Assembly: GCA_964019335.1 (NCBI GenBank)
Contig: OZ025687.1
Span: 1-64,000 of the forward strand
DNA: 64,000 nt
Direction: 5' to 3'
DNA from: Diplonema japonicum
Lineage: Eukaryota > Protista > Euglenozoa: Diplonemea
Of the stretch, positions 15,054 through 26,887 are shown piece after piece (within the stretch, counting starts at the first letter, position 1; every line of letters starts with the position of its first letter). Both the position numbers and the translations under genes were made by a program. Under the pieces are notes generated by a model. That model saw only the letters and a list, made by a program, of their open reading frames with translations, ran no database searches and had not been told where the DNA came from.

Positions 15054-17174
15054 CTAGCAGCTCAAGGTTTGTAGCGCCATCGTTCTGTAGTGTTCTTTGC
15101 CAACCGACGCAATACATACCTGCGATGAATGGTACGACATCTCCGCAGGCTCGAAATCGAGGTCTTCATCGTTCTCTATCCCCTTGCCTTGGTGGAGGGC
15201 CGAAGACAACGAGTTGTAGAAGCTGCGCTCCTCAGTGGTCATGGCATCCAAAACAGGTGCACTATTCCCCGATACCTCGCTTGTCTTCTCATCGTCATGC
15301 TTGCCAGACTGATCGTCAGCATCTTTACCAAAGGTCAGGCCGCCCTCGCCAAGTAGCTCTGCTGGCACGCTGTCCATCTCTTCTGCGTCGCACTGCTGGC
15401 TGAAGATGCTCCTACTCATGAACTCGACTGGAGCCTTCTCGGGCGTCTCCTTCGTCACCGGCGACGCATGAAAGTCCTTGCACCCGGGCGGCGATGCATT
15501 CGATACTTTGCTCTCATGTAATGACACGTAAGAAGCTTTGTTCTCTTGCAGAGACTGGGGTTCATTTCTTTCATGCAGTGACAAAGGTTTATTTTCAGGA
15601 ACCGACATGAGAGAGTTTCGGCTCGTGGGCGACACATGAGAAAACATGCTCTCGGGAGAATCTTCTTTGGGGGACACAGATTCATGAGGCTGGGGTGGTG
15701 ACACTTTATCAGGAGAAATTGCTGTGTAGTGACCAAAATTATCAAGCGAGCTCGTGACAGGCTTGACTGAATTCAATTTTGCCTGCAGACGCCTCAGGTT
15801 CTGCACTTCGTGGTCAAGGCGTGACATTTTATTCTGGAGTTCTGTATTATCCACTGATTCGATGTCGCTGCTGCACGTAGTGTTCAGTACCCGCATTGCT
15901 GTGTCGCTTGCAGCTGACGAGATGTTACTGATGTCGTGAACAAAAGGTATCGAGGCTACGTCGTGTACTTTGGGCATGCTTGTATCAGGGTTGGGTTTAC
16001 TTGGTTCAGACATCGCGTTCAACCTAGCAGGGTAGGGGTCTGTTGCAGGAACAGAAACAGGTGTAGGCATAGGCTCTGAGACGCGCTGTACCGCATCGTC
16101 GAACTGCAAGTCGTAGCTAAGGAGGCTGACCTGGCTCATGTGATGTTCCGTGGGTGCGAGGCTTAGGTCTTCAAAAGAGTCAGGGAGCGCCACTGGTGGC
16201 AACGCTTGTTGCATAGAAATCTGCGGCATAGAAGTGCTTCCTACAAGTGGATGTGAATGTGGATGTTGATGCGGTTGTCGTTTTACATGTGGATGTGGAA
16301 AAGGATGAGGCCTTCCAGGTTCAATCTTCGATGCCTGCACAGGGAGCTCGGGAACGTCGCCGTACACGGACAAAATGTACCGCAGCAACTCGTAGCAGTC
16401 GACATACCCTTGCTTCTGGAACGCACGTTTGTTCCCCGGCTTCGGACCTGTTTCTAACCATCCAGCAACGAGAGACCGCACATGTCCTGCATGTGGGTGC
16501 TTATACAGTACCTTTTTCAGCAACAACGGCAAGGCTCGCAGGGGAATGAATCGCCGCAATACTTGGTATCGATTGCCGTCACTCCCTTCTACAGACCTGG
16601 TCTCTGCCACGCAGTGGTGTATGAAATGGCTTCTCGCGATGACGAAGAAACGCAAGTCCAAATCCGACATCACACCATCCTTCAAAAATGTGATAAACAT
16701 CTCACACACAGTTGAAATGTAGCTGTAGCGTTGAGTGTTGTATATAAGGTCCGACAGCATGGACTCGACAATCCGCCCAAGACCGAATCTTTGTGTGAAG
16801 TAATGAAATACAAACTTGTACAGCCCCTCGTGGCACTCACCACCTTCGATGATCGCCTTGCACCTCTGGCTCCAAATGTCCTCAATGAGCCTTATAGTCC
16901 ACCTTGCAGTTTTAACTTCTCCCTGAACCAGTTCGAACTGCGGCTCTTTGTACAGATGGGTACTAGTGATGCCGCCCCTTACAGAGGCTGCTGTTTCACA
17001 CAATGCGGCCTCTACTTCCTCTTGCTGATCTGAAGTGGGTATGAGTAGCGTAGCAACAATGTCGCCCTCTGTTGTGGCTTCGAAGCTTAGTGCGTTAGCA
17101 TCAGCAGACGCAAGGAGGTTGAGCATCTGCTCCCTCTCGTTCAATGGCATTTCAGCTAAAATAGAGTACGGCAT
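15054..17174 (-). CDS. Hypothetical protein (globular N-half, disordered C-half; probable 35-nt intron 15085-15119)
   Basis: 706-aa ORF; the N-terminal YFTQRFG..YN..RY..CEMF..FL stretch loosely recalls TSNAXIP1-like proteins (weak). Confidence 0.7.
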   Translation of the reverse strand: MPYSILAEMPLNEREQMLNLLASADANALSFEATTEGDIVATLLIPTSDQQEEVEAALCETAASVRGGITSTHLYKEPQFELVQGEVKTARWTIRLIEDIWSQRCKAIIEGGECHEGLYKFVFHYFTQRFGLGRIVESMLSDLIYNTQRYSYISTVCEMFITFLKDGVMSDLDLRFFVIARSHFIHHCVAETRSVEGSDGNRYQVLRRFIPLRALPLLLKKVLYKHPHAGHVRSLVAGWLETGPKPGNKRAFQKQGYVDCYELLRYILSVYGDVPELPVQASKIEPGRPHPFPHPHVKRQPHQHPHSHPLVGSTSMPQISMQQALPPVALPDSFEDLSLAPTEHHMSQVSLLSYDLQFDDAVQRVSEPMPTPVSVPATDPYPARLNAMSEPSKPNPDTSMPKVHDVASIPFVHDISNISSAASDTAMRVLNTTCSSDIESVDNTELQNKMSRLDHEVQNLRRLQAKLNSVKPVTSSLDNFGHYTAISPDKVSPPQPHESVSPKEDSPESMFSHVSPTSRNSLMSVPENKPLSLHERNEPQSLQENKASYVSLHESKVSNASPPGCKDFHASPVTKETPEKAPVEFMSRSIFSQQCDAEEMDSVPAELLGEGGLTFGKDADDQSGKHDDEKTSEVSGNSAPVLDAMTTEERSFYNSLSSALHQGKGIENDEDLDFEPAEMSYHSSQVCIASVGKEHYRTMALQTLSC

Positions 17175-17280
17175 TGTTTATATTAGAGACATGCCTGCAA
17201 GATATCTTTAAGGCAAACACGGTGGCAATCCGAGTTGAAAAATACTGTACTAAAACACAACAAATACTAGAAAAGCAAGT

Positions 17281-18511
17281 CTAGCAACAGAAAAAACGGC
17301 CCCAGCCTCTCCTGGACTCTTTTTCACTCTCTTCAGTCGTGTCGGTGATGTGTCGTTTCCTTGCGGCTTGTCGTTTCTTCTTTCCATCTTGTGCCTCTAC
17401 AGAGAAAGACTCGACAGGTGCTACGTGCATGGGTGTACGGGGGTCGTCAAACTGCGTGAGAAGCTTCTCGCTTTGTGGGGGGAGGCTTGCAGCAGGACCT
17501 AATGCCATGGGGGCCATGTGCTTGGTCTTGTGCTTCATTCTCACCGACGTGTTCGGTGTTGCTGTTGGCCATGCCAAGTTGTCATGGGAAGGCTTTGCGA
17601 AGTTCACCTGCTGGTCGCCCAGCAGTGGCTGCCGCAGAGATCCCTCATCGGGAGACTGTGTTCATAGTTGTGATATGGGCACAACATACCTCGGTATATT
17701 TTACAACAGGCGTTTGTATCAACCCAGTAAAATCTGGTGCGGTGGATGCCTTCGGAGGCACTATCAGTGAGCTAGTGCTGTATTGGTCCAATTTCTTGCT
17801 GTTACATGATGTACTCGAAGCAGTATCACTCTGAACTGCCGTTATGTGAACAGATTCAAAATCGCCCACAGCAGGGGGAGGAGGGGAAGGAGAAGGGGTG
17901 GAGAGAAGCAGTGAGATTTCAGCGGTGCCACACAACGGGACTTCGTGCTCTGTATCTATCTTTGAGCTTTTTTCTGTAATAACAATACTTTCGTCCCAGT
18001 TCTTGCGCAGGCCTTGAGAGAGCGAAGGGTTAGTGAGTCTAGCAATATGGTGAAAGGCTTCGGAAACACCGAAAGGGAGCTTCGAGGAGCATTCTATGAG
18101 TGGGACTTGCCATGCGGAACCTAGTTTTCGTGCTTCTTCCAAGACGTCGAGGTCCTCGCAGTCGCACTTCGTTGCAACTAGGACAGATGGTTTGTCGCCG
18201 ATTCGTTCGACAACTGTCTCTCGTATGGACTGCACCAGGCTAAGGCTCTCTGTCGAACACGCATCAATCACGAACATGTAGCCGTCGGCTTTCTCACACT
18301 CAGCATCCCTGATTCCGATATAATCGGCACACCCACACACGTCGCTAATCTTCATCACGATCGTCTCCCCATCAACTGTGTCTTGCGTCTTGTACTCCTC
18401 CACAATGTGCGGGTCATAGAAGTCATTGAACAAACTTTGGACATAGCGCAAAATCAACGCCGTTTTCCCAGACCCCTCACTGCCAAGGGCTACCACCGAT
18501 GTTTCTGTCAT
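17281..18511 (-). CDS. Atypical Ras-family GTPase with long C-terminal tail ending in CC (intron 17656-17689)
   Basis: GSEGSGKT, YDPHI, DVCG, TKCD, ECSSK; a 34-nt intron joins it to ORF 17281-17607, ending RFFCC. Confidence 0.85.
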
Positions 18512-18599
18512 TCCATTTGCTGACTGGTATGTACTATGTATGTAACGCACAAAAAAATAAAAATAAAAATCAAGCACATCACGGTACATTACTAGTTCC

Positions 18600-20772
18600 C
18601 TAAAACTTCGGGTCCTTGAGTGCATCGATGACAACTAGAGCAGGCTCCCAATCAAAATCACACGGATCACGCACCCTCTCAAGCTTCCACAAATTAACAC
18701 AGATCTGCAGAGAGTTGTTAACATTGATATTAATCTGTGCTGGGATACCTGTTTGTATGCAGACGCAGTGAATCGCATCAGCCACGTCATCTCCCGTTTC
18801 ACAACACTCTCTTTGTCGTCCAAGAATATCTATAAATATTGCGCAAAAAAAGAATGAAAGACATACATTGAGCTGGTTCAGCTTCTCGGGGTTCCGCACA
18901 GCGCCTTTTTTCATTTTCTCGTACTTGTCCATCTCCGCGAAGATGTTAATCATGGCCTGCTGCATGCCGATCAGGAACGACGTGGTGGCTATTGCCATAA
19001 ACAAGTATTCCTTGTTGAAATTCTTAAACTCCATCAAGGCGTCCTGTGGTGCTGTATTAAAAATGCGTCACACACCTCGACATGTTCGGTAACCTTGGTG
19101 AGTGCTCGAAGGTCTGAATCATTCGCCAGCTTACTAGGAAGCTCGGGAACAGGGTTCTGGGTAACATAACTGGAAGCAAATGTCATACCTTCTTTCTTTT
19201 TAGCCCCTCGAAGAGCTGGTCGGACAACTGCTCGCGAAGCACAGAAAAGCTCTCAATATGCTGGTGCAGCCTGTTGGCATGGTGCCTCCACTCAGCGCCT
19301 CTTGACGACAGTCCCGTGAAGTCAGTACTCGGCCCGCTCCACCACGACTGGACACCCCCGATCTTTTCGCGTGCAACGTCACCTGCCGACTTGCTGCAAA
19401 CCTGGTTTTCGACTTCTAATTTCTTAAGTATCGCATCTTTCTTGCTGGCTAACAGGACAGAAGGAGCCTCAATGAAAAAACGTAGTGTCTCCGAATACGC
19501 CAAGGGACCATTCATGCATTCTGACAAGAACATGTGCAGTGTCTTCATTCTGAAGGAGACTTCTGGGCTCTTCATCAGCATCTCTGCCAATCCTTTCAGT
19601 GACGCGCAATCATTGCAGAACCTCTTCTCGCTACCCTTCGGCTTTGGGCAGCAGCTGCTGCAAAAGATCTTCATGCAATGTCTGCAGTGATGCTTTCTCG
19701 TGACCATCCCGAAGCCTGTACCGCAGCTATTGCATTTCTTGGCGTCAGCATCTGACTGCCACGGCCCCATGTCTTTCCCTGCGTCCTCCAGACCCTTCCC
19801 GTCGAAAGCTTCTTCCTTCTTGCCCATTTTCTCCTTCATGCCTTGGAAGGTTTTCTCGGGGATCGGAGGCACCAGCACACCAGGATTTTCTACGACAAGC
19901 GCCTTGCGCAGCCATTCGAAGTCCTTGTATCTTCTTTCTACCGTGAAGATTAACATATTCTTTACCACAGAATAAGTGTCTTCTTTCTGCCCATCTTGGT
20001 GGGGCTGCCCTTTGTAGTCGGGAAGCGTTGTGTGCACCTTGAACGTATACGTCCAATACGGCAACTCCATTGCTTTCCCAGCGTTCCGAGTTGCCCCCTC
20101 CACTTCCACTCTGTTGCACCTTTCGTAAGTGAGGCTTGTTTTTGTCAAACGCAGGTGGTTTGTTAACTTTGAGGGATCTTCGTCAGCTTCCCTAAGAAGT
20201 GTGCTGTCTAAACGAATCTTTTTCTTTTCGGCATAACTGACCGCATTCGCCTTGATCTCGACTGGTGTGAACTTGTCACTTGCGTAGCAATTTTCGATTG
20301 CTTCGTATTTCCAGTCGCCAATGGCTTGCTTCTCGATCTTAATGAGAGCTTCAACGCCTGCTGTGGCGGCCTCGACACCAGCACTAGCTGCTTGAGCCAC
20401 TTTTCCGATAACCTCGGAAGTAACACTAACAGGCACAGTAGAGACAGGGACATGGGCAGCCGCAACATTGAGTGCCTCTTGGGCTTGCGAAGCAGGAGAT
20501 GCAAAAGCAGCTGCCAATGAAGCTGCAGGAGATGCATTAACCACGGACGGAGTAGGCGAAGCATCTGCTGAAGCGGGGGCACTTGCAGGAGGAGCACTTG
20601 TTCTTGGAGGGCATGGAGATCCAAACGGGTTGTCATCGAAGTGGATATTTGTTGTAGGAGAATGCACCTGAGGTTGCGGATCGGTGTGAACGGGTCCGGT
20701 GGAAGGGGGTGCTGCACTGGTGCCACCAGTGCCACCTCCGAATGGATTACTTGCGCCAAAAGGATCGCTCAT
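18600..20772 (-). CDS. Sorting-nexin-like protein, PX domain with embedded FYVE finger, multi-exon
   Basis: RRYKDFEWLR..PPIPEK (PX); WQSD..C..C..F....RKHHCRHC..FC..C..RFCNDC (FYVE); NPF motifs at the N-terminus; short introns from 19157-19188 onward. Confidence 0.85.
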
Positions 20773-20898
20773 GTTTCCTGAGAGGGTGTAAAGGTCTGCT
20801 CAAAAACAAAAAGAACTACACTTAAGTTTGAGTTTGATGGCCACACTTGCTCTGTCTAGTACGGGTTGAACCTCTGCTGCTGCGGTGGTTATTAAATT

Positions 20899-22530
20899 TC
20901 ATTTCTTAATAAATGAAAATACCTGATTTCCTTGGAACTGATCGTTAAACCCACCCTGACCTGAGCCCCGGTACGCCTGCCCTTGCATCTGCTGTCCTTG
21001 TCCTTGTACTTGTCCTTGTCCCTGCAGCTGCGACGCAGCAACGAGCTGAGCGAGGAGGTTCGGCTGCTGCTGAAGCTGCTGAAGTAACTGAACCTGCTGC
21101 TGCAGCTGCATCGGAACCTGCTGGTTCTGCTGCATCTGTTGCTGCTGCTGCATTCCCATGTTATTGAAACTGCCCTTGTTCTTGCCCTTGAAACCGCCCT
21201 TGTCACCCTTGAAGCCCTTATCACCCTTAAATCCCTTAAACCCTCTATCACCCTTGTAGCCGCCCTTGTCGCCCTTGAAACCACCCTTGTCACCTTTGAA
21301 TCCCTTATCGCCCTTGAACCCCTTGCCCTTGCCCTTGCCCTTGCCCCTGTGCTCAACCTCACCGTTGTGGAAGAAAGGCAGCTCGATGGGGGTCTTCTTC
21401 TTCAAGGCAATCAAGCACCTCTGTCCCGGAGCCTTCTTGGCTATTTCATCGAGCTTGGGCATCACGATATTGGTGGCCTTCACCGCCTGCTCTTCATTCA
21501 TCTGACCGATGAGAGTCTGAGCGGGATAGTTCCCAAAGTCATCGCACATAACGTCGAGGAAGTAGGGCTGCCCACCTTCAATGTCGGCCAGAAGATAGTC
21601 GATCATCTTGTTGCTGGCCTCAGGACCAGCATGCCTGGCAAGCTTCTCCACAACGTGGGAAGCAAACTTGTGGCATGAGAAATCCTTCAAGGTGTCCCAC
21701 AAAGCAGGGAGAATCAGGTTTGCCGCTGCTTCTGGGCAGTTCTCCACCGCCACTTGCACCACGTAGTTCCCGTAGTGGTCGAGCGACAAAGACTTTGCGT
21801 TGTCGGCGATCTCCTTCACCATCGAGTTGTACAACTGGTGTGTCTTGCAGTGCCTAGCCATGTTCTGCACGATCCTCGTCCCGTACTGGTGAGTAGCGAG
21901 GGCACAGATGTCCACTTTGGCAGTAGGCTGCAGGAAAGTCTGCAATAACAATGAATTGAGCATGAAATCATACCTCGAACACCAAAGCTGTGTGTTCAGG
22001 TGCAATCTCGATCACCTTCTGGATGATGTGGTTGCCGTGCTCGTTCGTAACCAGCTCCACGACGTGGGGCTTCAGCTCCTCGCAGCACTGCCATTGTGTC
22101 CTGAAAGGAAGGTGCTACATACCTTGGCACGGTCTTCCTCGGTGAAGACGTGCTCGAACATCTTCTGCAAGACCCTGTCACCGCACGGGTCGGTAGCCAG
22201 TTTATAGCAATGTCCCCATGTCATGCTGACAACAACAGCCTTCTGCTGCATGTTGAGCGTTTCGAACAACTTCTGAACAACGTAATTCGCGAACTTGTTG
22301 CAGAAGAAGTCAACCGTCATCAGCGAGGAGACGAGGAGCTCCTGCTCTTCGAACGTGAGACCCCCACTCTGACCGGTGATGAGATTCTGCAAATAGTGGC
22401 TTCCCTCCTTGTGGCAAGCAAGCTCGGCGATGCATGCTGGCGGCATCTGGGACACCCTGACCGCCTCCCTTGTGCCATGAGGGAGGTTCAACCAGCTTTT
22501 GAGTGTAAAATCAGAGCTTGCACCTTCCAT
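20899..22530 (-). CDS. Pumilio/PUF RNA-binding protein (8 repeats) with GFKGDK repeats and Q-rich tail; introns 22088-22122 and 21940-21973
   Basis: Repeats GSHYLQ, ANYVVQ, GDRVLQ, GNHIIQ, GTRIVQ, GNYVVQ, ASHVVE, GNYPAQ; splicing restores the frame. Confidence 0.9.
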
Positions 22531-22619
22531 TTTTGTTACCGCCTGGAAGAAACTATTAAACTGACATGCTAAGAGCATATAAACACTTAAGAACTACGCA
22601 AACTGAGTGATACCCAGGA

Positions 22620-22999
22620 CTACTCCCCTGCCTTATCCATTTTAGCTTCCATTTCATCTTCATCATCGTCGTCTTCCTGTGCTGGCGGCTTGCCGCAAGG
22701 CTGCCGCATTTTTTCCAGTAGCTTTAATCGTGTTCTCGCCAGAGACTCGTTTTCAATCACCGCAAGCCTAGCAAAGTTAAGAAGAAGCAAAAGACATACC
22801 CGCTCAACATGTCGTGATGGCACACCATTGACGATAGTGTGTCCCGGTAGTGCGTTGTTGCCCATTCGTATTTTGAAATGTCAGGATTCCCCGTCCCAGG
22901 GTATCGTGTGATCAGATGCTCGATCTGTGTGGATGGAAGAGTGCATATGCATACCTGTGCCGCGAAGGACCCACCAGGCCTCACAAAAGGGTCCGCCAT
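22620..22999 (-). CDS. SF3B5: Splicing factor 3B subunit 5 (introns 22925-22954, 22768-22799)
   Basis: Spliced product QIEHLITRYPGTGNPDISKYEWATTHYRDTLSS...LAVIENESLARTRLKLLEKMRQPCGKPP matches the SF3b10 family pattern. Confidence 0.9.
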
Positions 23000-23074
23000 G
23001 TTACCTGACTGCTAATCGCATGTAGAAAGCATCTCGAACAATCAATAAAACACTGTTTAATTTAAATTCATAAA

Positions 23075-24392
23075 CTACGAAAGGAGTTGTAAATCTTCTG
23101 AACCCACAACAAGGATGACTGGGGAAGATAGACCAAACTCTCCAAGGAACCGAACACGCCATTTGCCAGTCGCCGGCTGTGTTATGTTTCGAAATAAACC
23201 CAAACACATACCAACCAAGCAGTGACCTCCCCAGGGCTGCCCATTTGCACTATCACGGCGCTCCCCACCTTGATGTCGTGTGCAGCGTTGATTAAAGACC
23301 CCACTCCGAGCATTTTGGGATTTGCCACATCGCTAGTGCCACGTCCCCTTCCCCTGCCCCTACCACCCGTGGGGCTTGGCATTTGTTTATTTTTGTCCAC
23401 AGTCGGTTGAAACCTGGAACCAGATGCTTTTACTTCCACTTCTCTGTACCAATACAACCTTCCATCAGGCCCCTGTACTTGATATGGCTGATTGTCGTGT
23501 GTGTCATCTACGATAAGACCCACTTGTCCAGATTGGATGGATCCCCCTGTGCGCCCCTCAGATGACAACTCAACCGAATCTCCCTTCGTGAGCCTTACCG
23601 GAGCTGGCGTTGCCGTAGGCGGGTCTGTGATGAAGGCCCATTCGCGCAGCGAGGGGAAGAACTCTGCCACGTCACCATATTTCCTGTGGAGTGTTCCGGG
23701 AAACGTATATGGCATACTTTTGCAAGGCAGAGTAGAGTTGCTGGGGGTTCTTTGTTGCCCTTAGAACAACAGCATTTACCTTCGAGATCTTCTCGGTCAG
23801 CCCCTTGTTTGTATAGAAAGCATGCAGCTCACGGGCTACGCTTTCTTGAAATTTGCGGGATCTTTTAATCTCATCGGAATCTTCCCCGGGTTGCTGTTTC
23901 GGTGTCTCTTCCGGCTTCTGTGGCTGTGCCGTCTCTCCTATTGACTTGCCGTGTGCCGGCAGCCCTGTTTTCGGTTCAATATATATAGGCGAAAGTTTGA
24001 AGATTTCTGTTGTAGGAGAAGGAACACTGTGATGTTGTTGGTGCATTTTCGGCTACATACTCTGCTGTGTCGCGCTGGTGCTGGCTTCCACCTGCGCGGA
24101 AAATAATATCGAAAGTCGCGTCTCCCGCCCTGCCTAGGTACACCACCCACATCAAGATGCTGATCGCCACAAACATAAGAGTGTATCGTTTTCTCCATTG
24201 TTTCGAAGACGACGCCCTCGGCGACGCCGCCTCGCTGTTGGAAGAACTCCTGGAGGCTAGAGACCTGCGCAGTTCTTTGATTCGCCTATTTCTTCGCACT
24301 TTACTCGTTGTGCTCTCATAACCGGATTCTCGTTTCTTTTTTCGTGGCGTATCCGAACAGGGTTCCACTCTCCCTTCATATCGCCCTTGCAT
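23075..24392 (-). CDS. Single-TM multi-exon protein with SH3-like beta-barrel modules
   Basis: Three overlapping ORFs joined by short GT-AG introns; TM YTLMFVAISILMWVVYL; module KGDSVEL..G.I..D...QPYQV..G..YWY; last exon ends EDLQLLS*. Confidence 0.6.
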
Positions 24393-24550
24393 CCTGGGCT
24401 ACGTCAACATGTGTAGCTGTTACCTGTATGGTTATTGCATGGTATAAAACACTGCGAATGAAGGCAAAGATGAACACAAGATGCCTGCAGGCTAGATGCC
24501 AAGCATTGCATTGGTGGACTTCTTTGTCAACTCGTCAGCCATCTCCTGTG

Positions 24551-25795
24551 TTACCAGTTTTGCCCGTTCTCGATTCCCTGCAGGGGCATTACCTCGGCTC
24601 CTGTCATTGTTGTCAGCATTCGTTGTAACACATACCTGCCAGGAGGCCTGCCAAGGTGCGCTTTTGCTATTGTTTGAACATGCATCCTCCCTCGCACGTG
24701 CTCTAGCATCCTCGATGGTGTAACGTACAGCTCACAGTGGCAGCAGTACCGCACCACAGGCACGGGGAGAGTCCTTATAGCGGAGTCCTTCAGAAAGCTT
24801 ATCCATGTTTCCAGCTCTACATCCGTTGTCTTCTTTACGCCTTTCTTCTCCAGTCTAGTAACTCCTGTGCATTCTAAGTGCCTACGTAGTTGACCTGCGT
24901 TGCTGGCAGCTGCCCTCTCTGCCGATACTTCTTCAAAAGGCGACTCCCTGTGCTTCTCGAATGATAAAATGGAAACCATTCTTCTAAATAGATCCTCCAT
25001 CGCTTCTCTTCCGACATCCACCTCGTCTAGTAACAGCATGCACGCCTCGAACGTGCTAACACGCCCTGCCTCGCTTTGCTTACGGAGTGCTTGGAACATG
25101 GACTCGTGGATCTCAGCCTTCTCAAGGTCAAGCCGTACACGTTTGATGTCAGGGTTAGCGGACTTGATGAACGAGAACAGTGACCTGGCTTGGCTCCATG
25201 TGCCGTCCAATACTATAACAGTGATCTCCTTGACTCGCTCTCTCTTCTTTGCCATTTTCGCGTCTGGTGTAAGCGTGTGCCATTCGGCATCTTCACAGAT
25301 CTTGTCTAACGTAACGGAAGTCTCATCTGGGAACAGAATATAGGTGTTTGGTTGTGTGATCAGCTCTTCTAACTCTTTTTCGTGATGCCCATACACAAGC
25401 AACCGCCCCCCTAACGCCTGACAGACGAGCTTGCCTGTGCTGGATGATCGGAAGAACTCATTCGCATGGTACAACACAACGAAGTTGATGCACGTCTCCA
25501 TCTCTGGTATTTCATCGCAGAAGCATGCCTCTTTTAGAACCCAACAGTATGGACATCTACTTTCTTTCAACCCCGTCATCAGTGCGTACTTCATCCGCCT
25601 CACAGCACTCGCTTGATACCTGCGCTCTTCTGGGAGGGTCTTCATGTGCTCCCTGTGAGGTGATCATAAAATGTGCTGCCCATACTTCCACTCGTCGTCC
25701 TCCGCAGAAATAGTTCCTTCTTCGAGAAGTTTTGCAATGTCATCTATCGTTCTGTGGTACTTCGCCTGCATCGGCCTCCCTTCGTTGATAACCAT
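24551..25795 (-). CDS. DTW-domain tRNA-uridine aminocarboxypropyltransferase (DTWD2/TapT-like) with C-terminal U1-type Zn finger; ends approximate
   Basis: RCPYC....CFC, HANE..SSSTG, LFP, VLDGTWSQA, STFEA; YCCHC..EHVRGRMH. Confidence 0.85.
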
Positions 25796-25883
25796 CTCTA
25801 TCTCCACCTAAACTCACTTCTTTACGTAACAGAAAGGAAAATCAAATAAATATACCTACAATACAATACTTAACAATTTCTTT

Positions 25884-26788
25884 TTATCCAGAGACACTCG
25901 AAGACATCGGTGTTCCCGCCCAGCGCAGCCTCGACGAAATGTCAGAAGCGGCGTGGCTCACTTTACTATGGTAGGAGACAATGCTTTCTGCGTCATCCTG
26001 CTTGTGAGGATGCGAAGGCGTTAGAGAAGGTGAAGGGTGGACAGGGTTCGAAGGTGTGGGAAGGGCTGGAATTGGTGAATAGCTTGCCTTGTGCGGGTGC
26101 ACAACAGACTCGTACATTACAGGCTCTTCATACTGATACACTGATGGCTGTTGTCCTTCAAATTCAGCAAAAAGAGCATCTGGCTGCACCGGTGCTGCCT
26201 CGGTATCTTGCACCTGCTGTCGGCGCACGGGACTAGGGTGGGGTTTTGTGTCTGGCGCGCTGTTCTTGCTTCCAGTTTTAAACCCAAACACAGAACTCAG
26301 CCTTCTACTAGCTTGCCTTGGGGTTGTGGCAATTGGTTTTCTGTTTCGTGAGTCGACTCGTGGCTTGTGCCAATCATCAAGCTGTTTCCACTTTGGGTCA
26401 GTGGCTGTAATCCCCTTCCACTCGGGACGGTTGGTAATTGGGTTTTTGCGCTCCTTAGGACCGTGGAACATCATGACCACGTTGGCCATTGCACTTTGTG
26501 TCTTGTGCCACTTCGGGAGCCTATTAGCATCTACGATTGGCTTCAGTGGAGTTTTCTGCTCAGCCTTTTGAATTGCTTTGGTCTGCTGAAGGTTACTCGG
26601 CTGTAAGTGATAATCAGTCAAGTGATCCTCCCACCTGTCCATTGCCTTCCTCTCCCTCGAACTCGTCGGCATTGCCTGGCTGTGAGTGGCCTGTCCTACG
26701 TCACCGGCCGCGAACCAAGCACTGTCGAGCCCCTTGGTGGCCAACCACTCCTCGGGGATGTCTTGTGCAGCGGTGTGCAGTGCCATGT
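25884..26788 (-). CDS. Hypothetical protein
   Basis: Long ORF from MALHTAAQ; no recognisable domain. Confidence 0.6.
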
Positions 26789-26887
26789 TGCCTACGCAGC
26801 GGACTAGAATTGAATAAGCCCTAAGTAACAAAAAAGAGGTATAACAGCACCACGGAAGTGGTCTCATAGTGTTAAACTGTACAACTA

